Below are positions 46,501 to 61,500 of a stretch of DNA of 64,000 bases, piece after piece. Numbering within the stretch: position 1 is the stretch's first letter; the number at the start of each line of letters is the position of its first letter. The DNA is taken from positions 6,078,001 to 6,142,000 of the forward strand of contig JASTWF010000033.1 of the NCBI GenBank assembly GCA_030390025.1, given 5' to 3'. Made by a program: the position numbers and the translations under genes. A model generated the notes under the pieces. That model worked only from the letters and a program-made list of their open reading frames with translations, was not told the origin of the DNA and did no database searches. This DNA comes from Squalus acanthias. Taxonomy: Eukaryota.

Positions 46501-49500
46501 TATTCCCCGGTGCAGCGGATACCATGCGTAAATTAACAAATTTACTGTAACTTTATTCACAGGTGCAGAGGATACCATGTGTAAATTAACAATTAAGTGT
46601 AACTTTATTCCCCGCTGTAGAGGATAAAATGTTTAAATTAACAATTAACTGTTACTATATTTCCCGGTGCAGAGGATACCATATGTAAATTGACAATTAA
46701 CTGGATCTTTATCACCCGGTGTAGTGGATAAAATGTTTAAATTAACACTTAACTGTAACTTTATTCCCCGGTGTAGAGGATACAATGTTTAAATTAAAAA
46801 TTTACTGTAACTGTATTACCCGGTGTGGAGGATACCTCGTGTAAATTTACAATTAATTGTGTGTTTATTCACTGATGTAGAGGATACCATGTGTAAATTA
46901 ACAATTAACTGTAACTTTATTCCCCGGTACAGAGGACACCATGTGTAAATTAACATTTAACTGTAACTTTTTTCCCGGTGTAGAGGATACCATGTGTAAA
47001 TTAACAATTAACTGTCACTTTATTCCCTGTTGTAGAGCATACCATTATTAAATTAACAATTAACTGTAAATTTATTCCCCGGTGTAGTGGATACAATGTT
47101 TAAATTAACAATTTACTGTAACTGTATTACCCGGGGAGGAGGATAAAACGTGTAAATTTACAATTAACTGTGTCTTTATTCCCTGGTGTAGAGGATACCA
47201 TGTGTAAATTATCAATTAACTGTAACTTTATTCCACGGTGTAGAGCAAACAATTTTTAATTAACAATTAACTTCAATTTTAGTCCACGGTGCAGCGGATA
47301 CAATGTTTAAATTAACAATTTCCTGTAACTTTATTACCTGGTGTAGTGGATTCCATGTGTAAATTAACAATTAACTGCAAATGTATTCCCCGGTGTAGAG
47401 GATACCATGTGTAAGTTATCAATTAACTGCAACTTTATTCCCCGGTGTCGACGATACAATGTTTAAATTAACAATTTCCTGTAGCTTTATTCCCTGGTGT
47501 AGTGGATTCCATGTGTAAATTTACAATTAACTGCAAATTTATTCCCGGGTGAAGAGGATACCACGTTTAAATTAACAATTTACTGCAAGTTTAATCTCCG
47601 GTGTAGAGGATACCAAGTGTAAATTAACAATTAACTGCAACTTGTTTAACTGCTGTAGCGAATACCTTGTGTAAATTAACAATTAACGGTAAATTGTTCC
47701 CCGATGTAGAGGATAACATGTGTAAATTAACAAATAACTGTAAATTATTCCCCGGTGTAGAGGATACCATGTGTAAATTAAATATTAACTGTAACTGTAT
47801 TCCTCGCTGTCGGGGATACCATGTGTAAATTAACAATTAACTGTAAATTTATTCCCTGGTGTGGAGGATACCATGTTTAAATTAACAATTAACTGTAACT
47901 TTATTCACTTGTGTAAAGGATACCATGTGTAAATTAACAAATTGCTGTATCATTATTCAATGGTGCAGAGGATACCATGTGTAAATTAACAATTAACTGT
48001 AAATTTATTCCCCGGTGTAGTGGATACAATGTTTAAATTAACAATTTACTGTAACTGTATTACCCGGGGAGGAGGATAAAACGTGTAAATTTACAATTAA
48101 CTGTGTCTTTATTCCCTGGTGTAGAGGATACCATGTGTAAATTATCAATTAACTGTAACTTTATTCCACAGTGTAGAGCAAACAATGTTTAAATTAACAA
48201 TTAACTTCAATTTTAGTCCCCGGTGCAGCGGATACAATGTTTAAATTAACAATTTCCTGTAACATTATTACCTGGTGTAGTGGATTCCATGTGTAAATTA
48301 ACAATTAACTGCAAATTTATTCCCCGGTGTAGAGGATACCATGAGTAAGTTATCAATTAACTGCAACTTTATTCCCCGGTGTTGTGGATACAATGTTTAA
48401 ATTAACATTTAACTGCAAATTTATTCCCGGGGGAAGAGGATACAATGTTTAAATTAACAATTTCCTGTAACTTTATTCCCTGCTGTAGTGGATTCCATGC
48501 GTAAATTTACAATTAACTGCAAATTTATTCCCGGGGGAAGAGGATACCACGTGTAAATTAACAATTAACTGCAAATTTAATCTCCGGTGTAAAGGATACC
48601 AAGTGTAAATTAACAATTAACTGCAACTTTTTCACTGCTGTAGAGGATACCATGTGTAAATTATCAATTAACTATCTCTTTATTCCCTGTTGTAGAGCAT
48701 ACCATGTTTAAATTAACAATTAACTGTAAATTTATTCCCCGGTGTAGTGGATACAATGTTTAAATTAACAATTTACTGTAACTGTATTACCCGGGGAGGA
48801 GGATAAAACGTGTATATTTACAATTAACTGTGTCTTTATTCCCTGGTGTAGAGGATACCATGTGTAAATTATCAATTAACTGTAACTTTATTCCACGGTG
48901 TAGAGCAAACAATGTTTAAATTAACAATTAACTTCAATTTTATTCCCTGGTGCAGCGGATACAATGTTTAAATTAACAATTTCCTGTAACATTATTACCT
49001 GGTGTAGTGGATTCCATGTGTAAATTAACAAATAACTGTAAATTATTCCCCGATGTAGAGTATACCGTGTGTAAATTAACAATTAACTGTAAATTATTCC
49101 CCGGTGTAGAGGATACCATGTGTAAATTAAACATTAACTGTAACTGTATTCCTCGCTGTCGGGGATACCATGTGTAAATTAACAATTAACTGTAAATTAA
49201 TTCCCCGGTGTGGAGGATACCATGTTTAAATTAACAATTAAATGAAACTTTATTAAATGGTGCAGAGGAGACCAAGTGTAAATTAACAATTAACTGAAAC
49301 TTTATTAACTGCTGTAGAGAATACCATGTGTAAATTAACAATTAACTGTAACTTTATTAACTGGTGTAAAGGATACCATGTGTAAATTAACAATTAACTG
49401 CAAATTTTTCAATGCTGTAGAGGATACCATGTGTAAATTAACAATTAACTATAACTTTATTCCCTGGTGCAGAGGATACCATGTGTAAATTAACAATTAA

Positions 49501-52500
49501 CTTCAACTTTTTCACTGCTGTAGAGGATACCATGTGTAAATTAACAATTAACTATAACTTTATTCCATGGTGCAGAGGATACCATGTGTAAATAAACAAT
49601 TAACTGTAACTTTATTCCCCGGTGTCGAGGATAGCAAGTGTAAATTAACAAATTACTGTATCATTATTCACTGGTGCAGAGGATGCCATGTGTAAATTAA
49701 CAATTAACTGTAACTTTATTGCCCGGTGTAGTGGATGCAATGTTTACATTAACAATTTACTGTAACTGTATTACACGGTGTGGAGGACACCATGTGTAAA
49801 TTTACAATTAACTGCAACTTTATTCCCTGGTGTAGAGGACACAATGTTTAAATTAACAATTTCCTGTAACTTTATGTCCTGGTGTCGTGGATTCCAGCTG
49901 TAAATTTATAATTAACTGCACATTTAATCCCCGGTGTAGAGGATACCATGTGTAAATTAACAATTCAATGTAAATTATTCCCCGGTGTAGAGGATACCAT
50001 GTGTAAATTAACAATTAACTTTAACTTTATTCACTGCTGCAGAGGATAGCCTCAGTAAATTATCAATTTGCTCCAAATGTTTTCCCTGGTGTAGAGGATA
50101 CCATGTTTAAATTAAAGATTAACTGTAACTTTATTCCCTCGTGTTGCGTATTCCATGTGTAAATTAACAATTAACTGTAACTTTATTCCCTGGTGTAGAG
50201 TAAACCAAGCGTAAATTAACAAATTAACGTATCATTATTCACTCTTGCAGATGATACCATGTGTAAATTAACAATTAACTGTAACTTTATTCATCGGTGT
50301 AGAGGATAAAATGTTTAAATTAAATGTAACTTTATTCCCCGGTGTAGAGGATACAATGTTTAAATAACAAATTTCCTGTAACTTTATGTCCTGGTGTAGT
50401 GGATTCAATGTGTAAATTAACAATTAACTGCAAATGTATTCCCCGGTGTAGAGGATACCATGTGTAAATTAACAATTCAATGTAACTTTATTCACTGCTG
50501 CAGAGGATAGCATCAGTAAATTATCAATTTGCTCCAATTTTTTTCTCTGGTTTAGAGGATACCATGAGTAAATTAACAATTAACTGTAACTGTATTCCCT
50601 GTTGTAAAGGATACCATGTGTAAATTAACAATTAACTGTAGCATTATTCACTTGTGCAGAGGATACCATGTGTAAATTAACAATTAACTGCAACATTATT
50701 AACTGCTGTAGAGAATACCATGTGTAAATTAACAATTACCTGTAACTTTATTCCCGGGTTTAAAGGATACCATGTGTAAATTAACAATGAACTGTAACTT
50801 TATTGCCCGCTGCAGAGGATACCATGTGTAAATAAACAGTTAACTGTCACTTTATTCCCCGGTGCAGAGGGTACCATTTGTAAATAAACAATTAACTGTA
50901 ACTTTATTCCCCGGTGCAGAGGATACCATGTGTAAATTTACAATTAACTGCAACTTTATTCGCCGATGCAGAGGATACCATGTGTAAATAAACAGTTAAC
51001 TTTAACTTTATTCCCCGGTGCAGAGGGTACCATGTGTAAATAAACAATTTTCTGAAACTTTATTCCTCGGTGCAGAGCATAACATGTGTAAATTAACACT
51101 TAACTGCAACTTTTTCACTGCTGTTGAGGATACCATGGGTAAATTAACAATTAACTGTAACTTTATTCCCCGGTGTAGAATAGACCATGTGTAAATTAAC
51201 GATTAACTGTAACTTTATTCACTTGTGTAGCTTATTCCAGGTGTAAATTAACAATTATCTGTAACTTTACTTCCCGGTACAGAGGATAACATGTGCAAAT
51301 TAACAATTAACTGTAACTTGATTAACCGGTGGAGAGGATACCATGTGTAAATAAACAATTTTCTGAAACTTTATTCCTCGGTGCAGAGCATAACAAGTGT
51401 AAATTAACACTTAACTGCAACTTTTTCACTGCTGTTGAGGATACCATGGGTAAATTAACAATTAACTGTAACTTTATTCCCCGGTGTAGAATAGACCATG
51501 TGTAAATTAACGATTAACTGTAACTTTATTCACTTGTGTAGCTTATTCCAGGTGTAAATTAACAATTATCTGTAACTTTACTTCCCGGTACAGAGGATAA
51601 CATGTGCAAATTAACAATTAACTGTAACTTGATTAACCGGTGTAGAGGATACCATGTGTAAATTAACAACTTACTGTAACTTTATTCCCCGGTGTAGTGG
51701 ATTTAATGTTTAAATTAACAATTAACTTTAACTTTTTCCCCGTTGTAGACGATACCATGTGTAAATTAACGATTAACTGTAACATTATTCCCTGGTGTGG
51801 AGCATACCATGTGTAAATTAACAATTAACTGCAACTTTATTAACTGCTGTAGAGGTTACTATGTGTAAATTAACAATTAACTTTAACTTTATTCCCTGGA
51901 GTAAAGGATACCATGTGTACATTAACAATTAACTGTAACTTTATTCCCCGGTGCAGAGGATACCATGTGTAATTTAACAATTAACTGTAACTTTATTCCC
52001 CGGTGCAGAGGATGCCATGTGTAAATTAACGATTAACTGTGACTTTTTTCACCGGTGCAGAATATACCATGTGTAAATTAATGATTAACTGTAACTTCAT
52101 TAACTGCTGTAGAGGATTCCATCTGTAAATTAACAGTTAACTATAACTTGATTAACATGTGTAGAGGAAACCTCGTGTAAGTTAACAATTAACTCTATCT
52201 TTATTAACTGTTGTAGGGGATAGCATGTGTAAATTAACAATTAACTGTAACTTGCTTAACTGAGGTAGGGGGATACCATGTGTAAATTAACAATTAACTG
52301 TAACTTTATTGCCCGGGGCAGAGGATACCATGTGTAAATTAACAATTAACTGTAACTTTATTCCCTGGTGTAGAGTATACCATGTGTAAATTAACAATTA
52401 TATGTAACATTATTCCCCGGTGCAGAGGATATCATGCGCAAATTAAGAAATAACTGTAACTTTTTTCACTGGTGTAGAGGATACCATGTGTAAATTAAGA

Positions 52501-55500
52501 ATTATCTGTAACTTTATTCCCTGGTGTAGAGGATAACATGTGTAAATTAATAATTATCTGTAACTTTATTCCCCGGTGTAGAGGATACCATATGTAAATT
52601 GACATTTAACTGTTACGTTATTCACCAGTGTAGTGGATACAATGTTTAAATTAACAATTAAGTTTAACTTTTTCCCCGGTATAGTCGATACCATGTGTAA
52701 ATTAACAATTAACTGTAACGTTTTCACTGCTGTAGAGGATACCATGAGTAAATTTACAATTAACTGTAACTTTATTCCCCGGTGTAGAGGATACCATGTT
52801 TAAATTAACAACTAACTGCAACGTTATTCACTGGTGCAGAGGATACCATGTGTATCTTAACAATTAACTGCAACTTTTTCCCCGGTGTAAAGGGTACCAT
52901 GTGTAAATTAACAATTAACTGTAACTTCATTAACTGCTGCATATGATTCCATGTGTAAATTAACAATTAACTATAACTTTATTAACTGCTGTAGGGGATA
53001 GCATGTGTAAATGAACAATTAACTGTAAATTGATTAACTGCTGTAGAGGATACCATGTGTAAATTAACAATTAACTATAACTTTATTCCATGGTGCAGAG
53101 GATACCATGTGTAAATAAACAATTAACTGTAACTTTATTCCCCGGTGTCGAGGATAGCAAGTGTAAATTAACAAATTACTGTATCATTATTCACTGGTGC
53201 AGAGGATGCCATGTGTAAATTAACAATTAACTGTAACTTTATTCCCCGGTGTAGTGGATGCAATGTTTACATTAACAATTTACTGTAACTGTATTACACG
53301 GTGTGGAGGACACCATGTGTAAATTTACAATTAACTGCAACTTTATTCCCTGGTGTAGAGGACACAATGTTTAAATTAACAATTTCCTGTAACTTTATGT
53401 CCTGGTGTCGTGGATTCCAGCTGTAAATTTATAATTAACTGCACATTTAATCTCCGGTGTAGAGGATACCATGTGTAAATTAACAATTCAATGTAAATTA
53501 TTCCCCGGTGTAGAGGATACCATGTGTAAATTAACAATTAACTTTAACTTTATTCACTGCTGCAGAGGATAGCCTCAGTAAATTATCAATTTGCTCCAAA
53601 TGTTTTCCCTGGTGTAGAGGATACCATGTTTAAATTAAAGATTAACTGTAACTTTATTCCCTCGTGTTGCGTATTCCATGTGTAAATTAACAATTAACTG
53701 TAACTTTATTCCCTGGTGTAGAGTAAACCAAGCGTAAATTAACAAATTAACGTATCATTATTCACTCTTGCAGATGATACCATGTGTAAATTAACAATTA
53801 ACTGTAACTTTATTCATCGGTGTAGAGGATAAAATGTTTAAATTAAATGTAACTTTATTCCCCGGTGTAGAGGATACAATGTTTAAATAACAAATTTCCT
53901 GTAACTTTATGTCCTGGTGTAGTGGATTCAATGTGTAAATTAACAATTAACTGCAAATGTATTCCCCGGTGTAGAGGATACCATGTGTAAATTAACAATT
54001 CAATGTAACTTTATTCACTGCTGCAGAGGATAGCATCAGTAAATTATCAATTTGCTCCAATTTTTTTCTCTGGTTTAGAGGATACCATGAGTAAATTAAC
54101 AATTAACTGTAACTGTATTCCCTGTTGTAAAGGATACCATGTGTAAATTAACAATTAACTGTAGCATTATTCACTTGTGCAGAGGATACCATGTGTAAAT
54201 TAACAATTAACTGCAACATTATTAACTGCTGTAGAGAATACCATGTGTAAATTAACAATTACCTGTAACTTTATTCCCGGGTTTAAAGGATACCATGTGT
54301 AAATTAACAATGAACTGTAACTTTATTGCCCGCTGCAGAGGATACCATGTGTAAATAAACAGTTAACTGTCACTTTATTCCCCGGTGCAGAGGGTACCAT
54401 TTGTAAATAAACAATTAACTGTAACTTTATTCCCCGGTGCAGAGGATACCATGTGTAAATTTACAATTAACTGCAACTTTATTCGCCGATGCAGAGGATA
54501 CCATGTGTAAATAAACAGTTAACTTTAACTTTATTCCCCGGTGCAGAGGGTACCATGTGTAAATAAACAATTTTCTGAAACTTTATTCCTCGGTGCAGAG
54601 CATAACATGTGTAAATTAACACTTAACTGCAACTTTTTCACTGCTGTTGAGGATACCATGGGTAAATTAACAATTAACTGTAACTTTATTCCCCGGTGTA
54701 GAATAGACCATGTGTAAATTAACGATTAACTGTAACTTTATTCACTTGTGTAGCTTATTCCAGGTGTAAATTAACAATTATCTGTAACTTTACTTCCCGG
54801 TACAGAGGATAACATGTGCAAATTAACAATTAACTGTAACTTGATTAACCGGTGGAGAGGATACCATGTGTAAATAAACAATTTTCTGAAACTTTATTCC
54901 TCGGTGCAGAGCATAACAAGTGTAAATTAACACTTAACTGCAACTTTTTCACTGCTGTTGAGGATACCATGGGTAAATTAACAATTAACTGTAACTTTAT
55001 TCCCCGGTGTAGAATAGACCATGTGTAAATTAACGATTAACTGTAACTTTATTCACTTGTGTAGCTTATTCCAGGTGTAAATTAACAATTATCTGTAACT
55101 TTACTTCCCGGTACAGAGGATAACATGTGCAAATTAACAATTAACTGTAACTTGATTAACCGGTGTAGAGGATACCATGTGTAAATTAACAACTTACTGT
55201 AACTTTATTCCCCGGTGTAGTGGATTTAATGTTTAAATTAACAATTAACTTTAACTTTTTCCCCGTTGTAGACGATACCATGTGTAAATTAACGATTAAC
55301 TGTAACATTATTCCCTGGTGTGGAGCATACCATGTGTAAATTAACGATTAACTGTAACATTATTCCCTGGTGTGGAGCATACCATGTGTAAATTAACAAT
55401 TAACTGCAACTTTATTAACTGCTGTAGAGGTTACTATGTGTAAATTAACAATTAACTTTAACTTTATTCCCTGGAGTAAAGGATACCATGTGTACATTAA

Positions 55501-58500
55501 CAATTAACTGTAACTTTATTCCCCGGTGCAGAGGATACCATGTGTAATTTAACAATTAACTGTAACTTTATTCCCCGGTGCAGAGGATGCCATGTGTAAA
55601 TTAACGATTAACTGTGACTTTTTTCACCGGTGCAGAATATACCATGTGTAAATTAATGATTAACTGTAACTTCATTAACTGCTGTAGAGGATTCCATCTG
55701 TAAATTAACAGTTAACTATAACTTGATTAACATGTGTAGAGGATACCTCGTGTAAATTAACAATTAACTCTATCTTTATTAACTGTTGTAGGGGATAGCA
55801 TGTGTAAATTAACAATTAACTGTAACTTGATTAACTGAGGTAGGGGATACCATGTGTAAATTAACAATTAACTGTAACTTTATTGCCCGGGGCAGAGGAT
55901 ACCATGTGTAAATTAACAATTAACTGTAACTTTTTTCCCTGGTGTAGAGTATACCATGTGTAAATTAACAATTATATGTAACATTATTCCCCGGTGCAGA
56001 GGATATCATGCGCAAATTAAGAAATAACTGTAACTTTTTTCACTGGTGTAGAGGATACCATGTGTAAATTAACAATTATCTGTAACTTTATTCCCTGGTG
56101 TAGAGGATACCATGTGTAAATTAATAATTATCTGTAACTTTATTCCCCGGTGTAGAGGATACCATATGTAAATTGACATTTAACTGTTACGTTATTCACC
56201 AGTGTAGTGGATACAATGTTTAAATTAACAATTAAGTTTAACTTTTTCCCCGGTATAGTCGATACCATGTGTAAATTAACAATTAACTGTAACTTTTTCA
56301 CTGCTGTAGAGGATACCATGAGTAAATTTACAATTAACTGTAACTTTATTCCCCGGTGTAGAGGATACCATGTTTAAATTAACAACTAACTGCAACTTTA
56401 TTCACTGGTGCAGAGGATACCATGTGTATCTTAACAATTAACTGCAACTTTTTCCCCGGTGTAGAGGGTACCATGTGTAAATTAACAATTAACTGTAACT
56501 TCATTAACTGCTGCATATGATTCCATGTGTAAATTAACAATTAACTATAACTTTATTAACTGCTGTAGGGGATAGCATGTGTAAATGAACAATTAACTGT
56601 AAATTGATTAACTGCTGTAGAGGATACCATGTGTAAATTAACAATTAACTGTAACTTTATTCCCCGGTGCAGAGGATATCATGTGTAAATTAACAATTAA
56701 CTGTAACTTTTTCCACGGTGAAAAGGATACCATGTGTATGTTAACAATTAAATGTAACTATATTCCCCGGTGCAGAGTATACTATGTGTAAATTAACAAT
56801 TAACTGTAACTTTATTCCCCTGTGCAGAGGATACCATGTGTAAATTAACAATTAACTGTAAATTTATTCACTGCTATAGAGGATACCATGTGTTAATTAA
56901 CAGTTAACTGTAACTTAATTCCCCGGTGTCGAGGATACCGTGTGTAAATTAACAATTAACTGTAACATTTCATCCCGATGTAGAGGATACCATATGAAAA
57001 TTAACAATTAACTGTAAATGTATTCACCGGTGTAGAAGATACAACGTGTAAATTAACAATTAACTGTAACATTATTCCCCGGTGTAGAGGTTACAAGGTG
57101 TAAAGTAACAATTAACTGTAACTTTATTCCCCGGTGAAGAGGATCCTATGTTTAACTTAACAATTAATTGTAACTTTATTCCCCGGAGTAGAGGATACAA
57201 TGTGTAAATTAACCAATAACTGTAACTTTATTTACTGCTGCACAGGATACCATGTGTAAATTAACAATCAACTGTAACTTTATTCCCCGGTGTAGAGGAT
57301 AACATGTTTAAATTTACAATTAATGTATCTTTATTTCCCGGTGTAGAGGATACCATATGTAAATTTACATTTAACTGTAACCTTATTCACCGGTGTAGTG
57401 GATAAAATGTTTAAATTAACACTTAACTGTAACTTTATTCCGCGGTGTAGAGGAACCCATGTGTAAATTAACTATTTATTGTAACTTTATTCCCCGGTGT
57501 AAAGGATTCCACGTGTAAATTAACAATTAACTGTAAATTTATTCCCCGGCGTAGAGGATACCATGTGTAAATTAACAATAAACTGTAAATTTATTCCCCG
57601 CTGTACTGGATAAAATTTTTAAATTAAAACTTAACATAACTTTATTCCGCGGTGTCGAGGATACCATGTGTAAATTAGCAACTTAATGTAACTTTATTCC
57701 CCGGTGTAGTGGATACAATGTTTAAATTAACAATTAATTTTAACTTTTCCCCCGGTGTTTAGGATTCCATGTGTAAATTAACAATTAACTGTAACGTTTT
57801 CACTGCTGTAGAGGTTACCATGTGTAAATTAACAAATAATTGTAACTTTATTCCCCGGTGCAGAGGATACCATGTGTAAATTACAAGTATCTGTAACTTT
57901 TTAAACGGTGTAGAGGATACCATGTGTAAGTTAACAATATATGTGACTTTATTCACTGCTGTAGAGGATACCATGTGTAAATTAACAATTAACTGTAACT
58001 TTTTTTCCACGGTGTAGAGGATACCATGTTTAAATTAACAATTAACTGCAACTTTAATAACCGGTGCAGAGTATTCCATGTGTAAATTAACGATTTAATG
58101 TAACTTTATTCACCGGTGCAGAGGATACCATGTGTAAATAAACAATTAACTGTAACTTCATTAACTGCTGTAGAGGATTCCGCGTGAAAATTAACAATTA
58201 ACTGTAACTTGATTAAACCGGTGCAGAGGATACTATGTGTAAATTAGCTATTAACTGTAACTTTATTAACTGCTGGAGAGGATTCGATGTGTAAATTAAC
58301 AATTAACTGTAACTTAATCAACCGGTGTAGAGGATACCATGTGTAAATTAACAATTAACTGTAACTTTATTAACTGCTGTAGGGGACACCATGTGTAAAT
58401 TAACAATTAACTGTAACTTGATTAACCGGTGTAGAGGATACCAAGAGTAAATTAACAATTAACTGAAACTTTTTTCCCTGGTGTCGAGGATACCATGTGT

Positions 58501-61500
58501 AAATTGACAATTAACTGTAACTTTATTCCCCGGTGTACAGGATGCAATATTTAAATTAACAATTAACTTTAACATTATTCCACGGTGTAGAGGATACCAT
58601 GTTTAAATTAACAACTAACTGCAACTTTATTCACTGGTGCAGAGGATACCATGTGTAACTTAACAATTAACTGCAACTTTTTCCCCGGTGTAGAGGGTAC
58701 CATGTGTAAATTAACAATTAACTGTAACTTCATTAACTGCTGCATATGATTCCATGTGTAAATTAACAATTAACTGTAACTTGATTAACCGGTGTAGAGA
58801 ATACCACTAGTAAATTAATAATTAACTATAACTTTATTAACTGCTGTAGGGGATAGCATGTGTAAATTAACAATTAACTGTAAATTGATTAACTGCTGTA
58901 GGGGATACCATGTGTAAATTAACAATTAACTGTAACTTTATTCCCCGGTGCAGAGGATATCATGTGTAAATTAACAATTAACTGTAACTTTTTCCACGGT
59001 GAAAAGGATACCATGTGTATGTTAACAATTAAATGTAACTATATTCCCCGGTGCAGAGTATACTATGTGTAAATTAACAATTAACTGTAACTTTATTCCC
59101 CGGTGCAGAGAATACCATGTGTAAATTACAAGTATCTGTAACTTTTTAAACGGTGTAGAGGATACCATGTGTAAGTTAACAATATATGTGACTTTTTTCA
59201 CTGCTGTAGAGGATACCATGTGTAAATTAACAATTAACTGTAACTTTTTTTCCCCGGTGTAGAGGATACCATGTTTAAATTAACAATTAACTGCAACTTT
59301 AATACCCGGTGCAGAGTATTCCATGTGTAAATTAACGATTTAATGTAACTTTATTCACCGGTGCAGAGGATACCATGTGTAAATAAACAATTAACTGTAA
59401 CTTCATTAACTGCTGTAGAGGATTCCGTGTGAAAATTAACAATTAACTATAACTTGATTAAACCGGTGTAGAGGATACTATGTGTAAATTAGCTATTAAC
59501 TGTAACTTTATTAACTGCTGGAGAGGATTCCATGTGTAAATTAACAATTAACTGTAACTTGATTAACTGGTGTAGAGGATACCATGTGTAAATTAACAAT
59601 TAATTGTAACTTTATTAAATGCTGTAGGGGACACCATGTGTAAATTAACAATTAACTGTAACTTGATTAACCGCTGTAGAGGATACCAAGAGTAAATTAA
59701 CAATTAACTGAAACTTTTTTCCCTGGTGTCGAGGATACCATGTGTAAATTGACAATTTACTGTAACTTTATTCCCCGCTGTAGAGGATGCAATATTTAAA
59801 TTAACAATTTACTTTAACATTATTCCACGGTGTAGAGGATACCATGTTTAAATTAACAACTAACTGCAACTTTATTCACTGGTGCAGAGGATACCATGTG
59901 TAACTTAACAATTAACTGCAACTTTTTCCCCGGTGTAGAGGGTACCATGTGTAAATTAACAATTAACTGTAACTTGATTAACCGGTGTAGAGAATACCAC
60001 TAGTAAATTAACAATGAACTATAACTTTATTAACTGCTGTAGGGGATAGCATGTGTAAATGAACAATTAACTGTAAATTGATTAACTGCTGTTGGGGATA
60101 CCATGTGTAAATTAACAATTAACTGTAACTTTATTCCCCGGTGCAGAGGATATCATGTGTAAATTAACAATTAACTGTAACTTTTTCCACGGTGAAAAGG
60201 ATACCATGTGTATGTAAACAATTAAATGTAACTATATTCCCCGGTGCAGAGTATACTATGTGTAAATTAACAATTAACTGTAACTTTATTCCCCTGTGCA
60301 GAGGATACCATGTGTAAATTAACAATTAACTGTAAATTTATTCACTGCTATAGAGGATACCATGTGTTAATTAACAGTTAACTGTAACGTAATTCCCCGG
60401 TGTCGAGGATACCGTGTGTAAATTAACAATTAACTGTAACTTTATTTCCCGATGTCGAGGATACCATATGAAAATTAACCATTAACTGTAAATGTATTCA
60501 CCGGTGTAGAAGATACAACGTGTAAATTAACAATTAACTGTAACATTATACCCCGGTGTAGAGGTTACAAGGTGTAAAGTAACAATTAACTGTAACTTTA
60601 TTCCCCGGTGAAGAGGATCCTATGTTTAACTTAACAATTAACTGTAACTTTATTCCCCGGAGTAGAGGATACAATGTGTAAATTAACCAATAACTGTAAC
60701 TTTATTTACTGCTGCAGAGGATACCATGTGTAAATTAACAATCAACTGTAACTTTATTCCCCGGTGTAGAGGATAAAATGTTTAAATTTACAATTAATGT
60801 ATCTTTATTTCCCGGTGTAGAGGATACCATATGTAAATTTACATTTAACTGTAACCTTATTCACCGGTGTAGTGGATAAAATGTTTAAATTAACACTTAA
60901 CTGTAACTTTATTCCGCGGTGTAGTGGATCCCATGTGTAAATTAACAATTTATTGTAACTTTATTCCCCGGTGTAAAGGATTCCACGTGTAAATTAACAA
61001 TTAACTGTAACTTTATACCCCGGTGTAGAGGATACCATGTGTAAATTAACAATACACTGTAAGTTTATTCCCCGCTGTACTGGATAAAATTTTTAAATTA
61101 ACACTTAACATAACTTTATTCCGCGGTGTCGAGGATACAATGTTTAAATTAACAATTAATTTTAACTTTTCCCCCGGTGTAGAGGATTCCATGTGTAAAT
61201 TAACAATTAATTTTAACGTTTTCACTGCTGTAGAGGATACCATGTGTAAATTAACAATTAACTGTAACTTTTTTCCCCGATGTAGAGGATACCATGTTTA
61301 AATTAACAATTAACTGCAACTTTCATACCCGGTGTAGAGTATTCCATGTGTAAATTAACGAATAATGTAACTTTATTCACCGGAGCAGAGGATACCATGT
61401 GTAAATAAACAATTAACTGTAACTTCATTAACTGCTGTAGAGGATTCCGTGTGAAAATTAACAATTAACTGTAACTTGATTAAACCGGTGTAGAGGATAC

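Noticed and set aside
11462..61243. Many 60-85 aa ORFs such as MLIYTWYP../LQLIVNLHMVSST
   Set aside because: They are translations of the 52/51-bp satellite monomer, whose frame shifts every unit. There is no coding signal.
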